A DNA stretch of 64,000 bases from positions 128,510 through 192,509 of the forward strand of contig CAZTQA010000001.1 of NCBI GenBank assembly GCA_964615205.1. Reading direction: 5' to 3'. Position 1 is the stretch's first letter, and the number at the start of each line of letters is the position of its first letter. Source of the stretch: an uncultured Candidatus Saccharibacteria bacterium (GTDB lineage Bacteria; Patescibacteriota; Minisyncoccia; Minisyncoccales; JAGMDC01). Shown in pieces: positions 57,714 to 64,000 of this stretch. Under the pieces are notes generated by a model. That model did no database searches. It worked only from the letters and a program-made list of their open reading frames with translations, and was not told the origin of the DNA. The translations under genes were made by a program, and so were the position numbers.

Positions 57714-58349
57714 ATGGATATAGATATAAATAAAATAAAAAATGAAATAGGGGAATTGCCTCAAGCTAGAAGAGAAAGATTTCAAAAAGAATACGGCTTA
57801 ACAGAAGAAGTTGAGGTTTTTATTCGCAACACTGATTTTGGAGAATATTTTGAAAAAGTAATGTCAGAACTAATGAATTGGATTAAAGAGACAGATGAAG
57901 AAAGAGAAACCAATGAAAAAGAGTATTTTAATTTAGCTAAAATTTGCGCTAATTATTTAATTACCGATTTTCAGGGTTTGCTCAAAGGAACTTCTTTTGT
58001 TGAAAAGAATATTTTAATTACTCCTGAGAATTTTGCTGAATTTGTAACCTTAATCTATAAGAAAGAGATTTCTTCTAAGATGGCTAAAGCCATTTTAGAA
58101 GAAATGTTTAAAACAGGGGCTGATCCTTCTCGAATTATTGAAACTAAAGGGATGAAGCAAGTGAGCGATGAGTCAGAAATAGAAATTATTGTTAAAGAAG
58201 TTATTTCTAAGAATGAGAGGGCAGTCGAGGATTATAAGAAAGGAAAAGAAAATGCTTTTCAATTTTTAATTGGCCAGATAATGGCAGCCAGCCACGGCAA
58301 AGCTGTCCCAGAAGTAGTTAGCCAAGTTCTTAAAAAAAACATAAAATAA
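57714..58349 (+). CDS. gatB: Asp/Glu-tRNA amidotransferase subunit B, C-terminal (helical + YqeY-like tail) fragment
   Basis: ELPQARRERFQKEYGLTEE..., FLIGQIMAASHGKA; different frame from the N-terminal fragment; 14-nt gap. Confidence 0.8.
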   Translation: MDIDINKIKNEIGELPQARRERFQKEYGLTEEVEVFIRNTDFGEYFEKVMSELMNWIKETDEERETNEKEYFNLAKICANYLITDFQGLLKGTSFVEKNILITPENFAEFVTLIYKKEISSKMAKAILEEMFKTGADPSRIIETKGMKQVSDESEIEIIVKEVISKNERAVEDYKKGKENAFQFLIGQIMAASHGKAVPEVVSQVLKKNIK

Positions 58350-58443
58350 AAAAATAGGAGGTGGTAAGGATGCAAAAAAAATTTTGTGACGAATTACGAA
58401 AAAAACAAATAATGCAATAGCAGTTTATTTTTTCCGCTGTTTT

Positions 58444-59655
58444 TTATTTTATTAATTCGCCTTTGAGTCCCCAGGGAATGGCGTTTATTACTTTAACTTT
58501 AACAAATTCTCCAATGAGGCTTGATTCTCTTGATTGAAATTTTATGGTTTTATACTCCCTGGTTTTTCCAATTATCCAGCTCTTTCTTTCATATTCTGGC
58601 AAAACCTCTACAATTTTTCCAATATATTTTTTATTGTTCTTCAAAGCAGTTTTCTTTAAAACTTCAGTTAAAGCCTTATCTCTTCTTTGTTTTTCTTTTA
58701 AAGAAACCGTGTCTTTGAGTTTAAAAGCAGCTGTTCCTGGCCGGGGGGAATACTGGGAAATGTAAGCTATGTCAAACTCTATTTCTCTAAATAATTTGAC
58801 AGTGTTTTGAAACTGTTTTTTGGTTTCTCCGGGAAATCCCACGATTACATCAGTAGAAAGGTTTACGTCTGGAATGTTTTTCCGGATTTTTTTAACCAAT
58901 TCCTTATACTTTTTCACAGTATAAGGGCGGTTCATTTTCTTTAAGATTTGATTGTCTCCGGATTGAACAGGCAAGCTAATATAAGGAGTAATTTTTTTGC
59001 CTTGTTTAATGGTTTTAATTAATTCTTGAGAAAAATCTTTAGGATGGCAGGAAATAAACCTTATCCAGAACTTTCCAGGAATTTTGTCTATTTGTTTTAA
59101 AAGCTGGGAAAAGTTTTTCTTATTTGATTTGTATGAATTTACATTTTCTCCTACCAGCCATATTTCTTTGTAATTTTCCTTAACTAAATATTTGATTTCT
59201 TCTAGTATTTCTTTCGCAGGCCTGGAAATTTCTGGGCCTCTAGTATAAGGCACTACGCAGTAAGAACAAAAATTATTGCATCCAATAACTACTGGAATAT
59301 AAACAGAGAATTGACTTTTATATTTAGGCCTTATTTTTGAGTAAGACAGGTCTTTTTTAGGCAGAATATAATTGAATTTATCTTTAAATTTCTTAAAATC
59401 GTATTTTATAATACAGCCGGTTAAAACAGTTTTTGGTTTATAGTTTTTAGTTTTTAGTTTAGTCAGTTGGGGGATTAATCCGTAAACCCTGTCTACGGCT
59501 GACTGTCTAACCGAGCACATATTGACTACAATTAAATCTGCCTCGTCAATTTTTGAGGCAGGAACATATTTCTTTTTTTCTAATTTGGCTGCGATTCTTT
59601 CGCTGTCGGACTTATTCATTTGGCAGCCGAAAGTAATAATCCAGTATTTTTTCAT
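58444..59655 (-). CDS. miaB: radical-SAM methylthiotransferase (MiaB-like)
   Basis: N-terminal FGCQMNKSDSE, radical-SAM CNNFCSYC, C-terminal TRAM-like domain; 403 aa. Confidence 0.8.
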   Translation of the reverse strand: MKKYWIITFGCQMNKSDSERIAAKLEKKKYVPASKIDEADLIVVNMCSVRQSAVDRVYGLIPQLTKLKTKNYKPKTVLTGCIIKYDFKKFKDKFNYILPKKDLSYSKIRPKYKSQFSVYIPVVIGCNNFCSYCVVPYTRGPEISRPAKEILEEIKYLVKENYKEIWLVGENVNSYKSNKKNFSQLLKQIDKIPGKFWIRFISCHPKDFSQELIKTIKQGKKITPYISLPVQSGDNQILKKMNRPYTVKKYKELVKKIRKNIPDVNLSTDVIVGFPGETKKQFQNTVKLFREIEFDIAYISQYSPRPGTAAFKLKDTVSLKEKQRRDKALTEVLKKTALKNNKKYIGKIVEVLPEYERKSWIIGKTREYKTIKFQSRESSLIGEFVKVKVINAIPWGLKGELIK

Positions 59656-59656
59656 T

Positions 59657-61300
59657 TTAATGCATTCTTTCTTTTTTCTCTTTCAAGAAATATCTCCACT
59701 GCTCTAAAAATTCTACAAAGGTTAAGAAGGGCATATCAATAAGGGCGGCCAGAATTAAAGCAATGTTCATTTTAGCCCATTTTCTGAAAAGCCATTTACC
59801 CAAGCTTAGAATAGGCAAGGTAAAAAAGTCCCAAAGAGTGACCCTAAAGGTCTCTCTTTCTTTTTCTATGTTTAGTTCTTTTCCTCTCTGCCTTATTTTT
59901 ATACCCAAAAAGCTAATGATAGAAAGGAAGAAAAGGAAAATAATAACAGACAAGCTACTAAAGTTTATTTTCCTTAAAAACCAAATTATTAAACCAAAAG
60001 AAAGAATAAAGGTTAGAAAATAAACAATAAAAATAATTGAATCTAAAACCTTGTTTTTCTTTTTGGGAATTTTTATTTGATAAACATCCTTTCTTTCTGT
60101 TATAGAAATAATTTTTATTACTTCCATAACTGCTCTTTGAAAATTTTCCTTTTTAGGGCTTTTAACTGTAGCTACTAAAAGAAACATTAAGAAGGGTGGA
60201 AAGAGAATGTTGATTCCTAAGCTCGCATAATTGAAATCTCCAGTAATAAATTTATCCAGAGGGACTTCTACAAGCAAAGCCAAAGCAATTTTAGTGATAA
60301 AGACAGAAAGGGTAGTGTAAATAGCAGCTCTTTTTATAGTTGTTTTTAATTTTTTCTTTCTTTGGTCATAAGCCTTCTTAATTAATGTCTCCTGCATTTC
60401 TTCATTTTCTAGATTCTCTTTGGCTTGCATAGGATCTTCTTCTATAATATCTCCTATAAGGAGATAGGGAGTGTCGTATTTCTCGCATAAACGATAAAAT
60501 TTTTCAGAGAGAGAATAATTAAGAGCTTTCTCAATTTTCTTTTTGAGAGAATAGATATTTACAGTGATTTTAGCAACTTCAGGAGAATGCGAAGAAAACT
60601 TACTCCAATCAGGATATTGTTTTTCTATAAGATTGTAACCAATGATAGAATCGTCTACTTTAAAGAGAGCTCTTTGGACAGCGATATAGATTTGAATATT
60701 TTTTTCATTTTCTGTTATCTTGGGCATGGTTATTCCCGCCATAGTCATTTCTCCATTACTGATTTTTATCTTTTGTTTCATTAAGGTAAACATAAAGTCA
60801 ATCATAGCTTCTTCTTTTAAGGGGGGAGCTAAATTCTTTTCCACTTCATAACTGGCTATTTCCAAAAGCCATTCCTGGATTTCTTTTTCTGATTCTTTCT
60901 TTTCACTAGGCAAGGGTTTTTTTTCCAAGACGTAGAAGTATTTATCAATAATCTTTTGAATGTCAGTGGTTTTTTCCTCTGGAACAAAGTCGTTAGGAAA
61001 ATGTCCTCCTCTAATTAATTCATATACCAAAGACTCTCCCATTTTTTCTTGTTTTTCCTTTTTATAAATGATCCTTCTTTTTAAAGAACGCTCTATAGCT
61101 CTTTTTCTTAAAAGATGTTCTTCTCTCCAATCAATAATACCTTTTACTTTTTCGTAAAAGGCAGCTACCCTTGAGGCAACTTCATCTACATGAATAGTAG
61201 AAACTTCTTCTCTTTTTTGTAGAAACAAGTGCCAGTTTTGATAGGCCTGGATTAACTTTTCTGTTTCTTCTGAAAGCATATTATATTCATATAATAACAT
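59657..61300 (-). CDS. hypothetical large membrane protein (soluble N-terminal half, ~6 TM C-terminal half)
   Basis: 547-aa ORF; no motif I can name. Confidence 0.55.
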   Translation of the reverse strand: MLLYEYNMLSEETEKLIQAYQNWHLFLQKREEVSTIHVDEVASRVAAFYEKVKGIIDWREEHLLRKRAIERSLKRRIIYKKEKQEKMGESLVYELIRGGHFPNDFVPEEKTTDIQKIIDKYFYVLEKKPLPSEKKESEKEIQEWLLEIASYEVEKNLAPPLKEEAMIDFMFTLMKQKIKISNGEMTMAGITMPKITENEKNIQIYIAVQRALFKVDDSIIGYNLIEKQYPDWSKFSSHSPEVAKITVNIYSLKKKIEKALNYSLSEKFYRLCEKYDTPYLLIGDIIEEDPMQAKENLENEEMQETLIKKAYDQRKKKLKTTIKRAAIYTTLSVFITKIALALLVEVPLDKFITGDFNYASLGINILFPPFLMFLLVATVKSPKKENFQRAVMEVIKIISITERKDVYQIKIPKKKNKVLDSIIFIVYFLTFILSFGLIIWFLRKINFSSLSVIIFLFFLSIISFLGIKIRQRGKELNIEKERETFRVTLWDFFTLPILSLGKWLFRKWAKMNIALILAALIDMPFLTFVEFLEQWRYFLKEKKERMH

Positions 61301-61329
61301 TTAAATAAAATCAAGAGAAGGGATTTTTT

Positions 61330-61358
61330 TTGACAAAACATAAAAAAGGTGCTAATAT
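61330..61358 (+). promoter_or_regulatory. putative promoter (TTGACA-17-gcTAATAT) of the 90-aa coiled-coil gene
   Basis: Hexamers at 61330-61335 and 61353-61358; a 15-nt leader contains AGAGAA. Confidence 0.55.
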
Positions 61359-61373
61359 CTTTTTAGAGAAAAA

Positions 61374-61646
61374 ATGGCAAACAAAGAGTTGAAGAAACAG
61401 GTTGAAAAATTGGGAAATGCAGTAGACTCATTGCTGGAGAGAGTAGTATCTCTGGAACAGAGGATTTCAGCCATAGATGAGGAATTAGGGTTACAATTGA
61501 CTGAAATCCAGAGCGATATTGAGGCTTTACTTGAAGCCAACGATATCTCTGACGAAGCGAGAGAGGTTTTAGTTAAAATACTTAATGCGGTTGAAAAAGC
61601 GGAAGAGATTCTTCAATCCCTTCCTGATTCTCCCAAGAGCGAATAG
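61374..61646 (+). CDS. hypothetical 90-aa acidic coiled-coil protein
   Basis: Heptad-like E/L-rich sequence. It is a lone plus-strand gene between two minus-strand genes and is visibly G+C-richer. Confidence 0.55.
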   Translation: MANKELKKQVEKLGNAVDSLLERVVSLEQRISAIDEELGLQLTEIQSDIEALLEANDISDEAREVLVKILNAVEKAEEILQSLPDSPKSE

Positions 61647-61666
61647 CTTCACAGAGTGAGTAAAGA

Positions 61667-63367
61667 TTAATTTCTTTGCTCTTCTTTTTTTATTTTCTCA
61701 AGGAATTTAGAGAGTTTTATTTCGCCGATGTCGCCTTTGCCCTGCTGGCGTACGCGGACAGATTTATTTTTTATTTCTTTGTCTCCCACAACCAAAAGAT
61801 AAGGAATTCTCTGAATTTCTCCTTCTCTGATTTTTTTAGAAACAGTTTCATTTTCGTCTTTCAACTCTGTGCGAGAACCGTTCTCGTACAGAGTTTTGAG
61901 GAGTTGCTGGGCGTATTTTTCATGATGAGAACCAATAGGTATAACCCAAATCTGCACTGGCGCCAGCCAGAAAGGCAATGCCCCAGCATAATTTTCAATA
62001 AGAATTCCGATAAATCTTTCCAAAGAACCCATTAAAGCTCGATGAATCATAACCGGTCTTTTTTTCTTTCCATTTTTATCAATGTATTCAAGGTCAAAAC
62101 GTTCCGGCATAAAAAAGTCCAATTGGATGGTTCCCATTTGCCAGGTTCGGCCTATAGAATCATCAATATGAATATCAATTTTAGGACCGTAAAAAGCGCC
62201 GTCTTTTTCTTTTATGCCGTATTTCATCTTGTTTGTTTTTAAAGCGTGAGCTAAAGCTTTTTCCGCTTTGTCCCAGGTTTTTTTATCGCCAATAGCATCA
62301 TCAGGCCTGGTAGAAAGATAAACCTTTCTTTTCATTGAAAACGGCTTATAAATTTCATCCACGATTTTCAATACAGCAGTTACTTCTGATTCAATGTTTT
62401 CTTTGGGAATAAAAATATGGGCATCGTCTTGGGTTATCTCTTGGACTCTGAATAAACCGTGTATTTCCCCGGATTTTTCATTTCTAAAGACTACGCCTAA
62501 TTCGCCAATTCTCAAAGGCATATCTTTATAGCTGCGAGGCTTTTCTTTATATAAAAGTATTGTGCCTGGGCAATCCATTGGCCTTAAGGCCAATTTTTTC
62601 TTTTCGCCAGTGGTAAAAAACATACTGTCTTTGTAATGTTCATAATGGCCTGATTGTTTCCAAAGCTTAACATCTAAGATATTAGGCAATTTTACTTCTT
62701 GATAGTTGTTTTCTCTTTGAATTTTCCTCCACCTTTCCACCAGTAATTTAAAAATTGTTAATCCCTTATCGTGCCAAAAAGGCATGCCGGGTGCTTCTTC
62801 ATGGAAGGAAAACAAATCAAGCTTAAGGCCTAATTTTCTATGGTCTCTTTTTTCTGCTTCTTCCTGGATTTTGAGGTGTTTTTCCAAATCTTTTTTGTTT
62901 TCAAAAGCCAGTCCGTAGATCCGCGTCAGCATTTTATTTTTTTCATCTCCTTTCCAATAAGCGCCGGCAATTTTAGTAAGTTTGAATCCTTCAACTGGAA
63001 TTTCTTTAGTGGATTTAATATGCGGTCCGGCGCACAAGTCAATAAATTCTCCTAATCGATAAATTGAAAGGTTTTTTTGTTTTCCTTTTATGACTTCTAA
63101 TTTATATTTTTGATCTTTAAATATTTTTTTAGCTTGAGCTAAAGTAATATTTTTCTTTTCAAATTTCAAATTCTTTTTGATTATTTCTTTCATTTTCTTT
63201 TCAATTTTATTTAAATCTTCCAGAGAAAGAGGAGAAGGTAAATTAAAGTCATAATAAAAACCATTCTCAATGGCTGGTCCAATGCCAAATTTAGTTCCAG
63301 GATATAGTTCCTGAACCGCAGCTGCTAAGACGTGGGCTAATGAATGACGTATTGTTTCTATTTTCAT
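61667..63367 (-). CDS. thrS: threonyl-tRNA synthetase lacking the N-terminal TGS domain
   Basis: Starts in the editing domain (HSLAHVLAAAV); class II core and anticodon-binding domain are present; 566 aa. Confidence 0.9.
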   Translation of the reverse strand: MKIETIRHSLAHVLAAAVQELYPGTKFGIGPAIENGFYYDFNLPSPLSLEDLNKIEKKMKEIIKKNLKFEKKNITLAQAKKIFKDQKYKLEVIKGKQKNLSIYRLGEFIDLCAGPHIKSTKEIPVEGFKLTKIAGAYWKGDEKNKMLTRIYGLAFENKKDLEKHLKIQEEAEKRDHRKLGLKLDLFSFHEEAPGMPFWHDKGLTIFKLLVERWRKIQRENNYQEVKLPNILDVKLWKQSGHYEHYKDSMFFTTGEKKKLALRPMDCPGTILLYKEKPRSYKDMPLRIGELGVVFRNEKSGEIHGLFRVQEITQDDAHIFIPKENIESEVTAVLKIVDEIYKPFSMKRKVYLSTRPDDAIGDKKTWDKAEKALAHALKTNKMKYGIKEKDGAFYGPKIDIHIDDSIGRTWQMGTIQLDFFMPERFDLEYIDKNGKKKRPVMIHRALMGSLERFIGILIENYAGALPFWLAPVQIWVIPIGSHHEKYAQQLLKTLYENGSRTELKDENETVSKKIREGEIQRIPYLLVVGDKEIKNKSVRVRQQGKGDIGEIKLSKFLEKIKKEEQRN

Positions 63368-63378
63368 ATTATTATTTA

Positions 63379-64000
63379 TTATGCTTCTTCGATTATTTCT
63401 TCAATTTGATTGCAAATTATTTTAGGAATCCCGTCGCGGGTATCCACACGACCCTTAACCATAACTATTTTATTTTCCTGAAAAACATTTTGATTTTGTT
63501 CAATAATAGAAGGAAAAACAACTAATTCAACTTTGGATGTCTGGTCTTCTAATTTTACAAAAAGCATGGGTTTTCCGGTTTTAGTAATGATTTTTTTAAT
63601 TCCGGAAATTACACCTCCGATTTTGATTATTCTACCAGTTATATCTTGGGATACATTCATTAAGGGTAAAGTTCTCTTTTCTAATATTTTTTTGAAGTTT
63701 TCCAGAGGATGGCTGCTAATATACAGACCCAAAAGTTCTTTTTCCCAAGTCAGTTTTTCTTTTTTAGAAGCTGGTTTGGTATTAGCTAAAGTGATGCCGT
63801 TATTATTTTTAAAATTATTGTTTTCCGGACCGGAATCAAAAAGTCCTTTTTGTCCGTTAATTTTATTTTTTTGTTTTTCCCGACTGAATTCCAGAAGTTT
63901 TTCAAGGTTTTCAAGAAGCTTGTTCCTCTCTTCAAACTTATCAAAAGCGCCGGCTTTTATCAAGCTTTCCAAGGATTTTTTGTTTAAATCCTTAGAAGAA
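63379..64000 (-). CDS. dnaE: DNA polymerase III alpha subunit, C-terminal part (gene continues beyond the window)
   Basis: ESLIKAGAFD..., OB-fold segment (GRIIKIGGVISGIKKIITKTGKPMLFVKLEDQT). The frame is open to nt 64000. Confidence 0.8.
   Translation of the reverse strand, partial: SSKDLNKKSLESLIKAGAFDKFEERNKLLENLEKLLEFSREKQKNKINGQKGLFDSGPENNNFKNNNGITLANTKPASKKEKLTWEKELLGLYISSHPLENFKKILEKRTLPLMNVSQDITGRIIKIGGVISGIKKIITKTGKPMLFVKLEDQTSKVELVVFPSIIEQNQNVFQENKIVMVKGRVDTRDGIPKIICNQIEEIIEEA

Overview
AT-rich, gene-dense, mostly plus-strand bacterial chromosome segment. It has hallmarks of a reduced-genome Candidate Phyla Radiation / Patescibacteria (Parcubacteria-like) organism; that lineage call is inference. 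Gene order: the S10/spc ribosomal-protein operon runs from rplB (cut by the window edge) to rplO with no rpmD (L30), followed by secY-adk-(extra kinase)-map. A ~19 kb block then separates map from infA. It holds a GT2 and a GalT-like gene, ppsA, an archaeal-type FBP aldolase/phosphatase, a ferredoxin, bL25, rpmE-prfA, rpsB-tsf, tRNA-Thr, a stand-alone divergent 16S rRNA, envelope/secreted proteins and alaS. Next come infA-rpmJ-rpsM-rpsK-rpsD-rpoA-rplQ-rplM-rpsI, a Cas4-like nuclease, an island of small unknown genes around pgeF, murA, two mreB, holB, frr, an M50 protease, proS, gatCA, three tRNAs, pheST, gyrB, secE-nusG-rplK (no rplA following), dCMP deaminase, tmk, deoC, a split gatB, miaB, thrS and the 3' end of dnaE. 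The standard code applies (TGA is used as stop). Main observations: (i) The 16S 3' tail lacks the CCUCC anti-Shine-Dalgarno. Native genes lack SD motifs, several -10 boxes sit exactly 6 nt from the ATG (leaderless architecture), and intra-operon junctions are tight TAA-N1-2-ATG couplings. (ii) In contrast, a visibly more G+C-rich island at 35.4-38.8 kb, plus orphan cassettes near 55.9, 58.4 and 61.3 kb, carries small unknown genes. Most have a near-consensus promoter, a GGAGG-type SD and a hairpin terminator of their own; the set includes a divergent paralog pair and sequence-related terminators. (iii) Other oddities are an RF1 lacking domain 1, a split gatB, two atypical CAU tRNAs, phased TACGAAT repeats before fbp, and a 16S processing stem that reaches to 18 nt before a protein gene. 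No CRISPR array, transposase, integrase or 23S/5S was seen. All calls are by eye from the sequence and ORF track; nothing was searched or computed.
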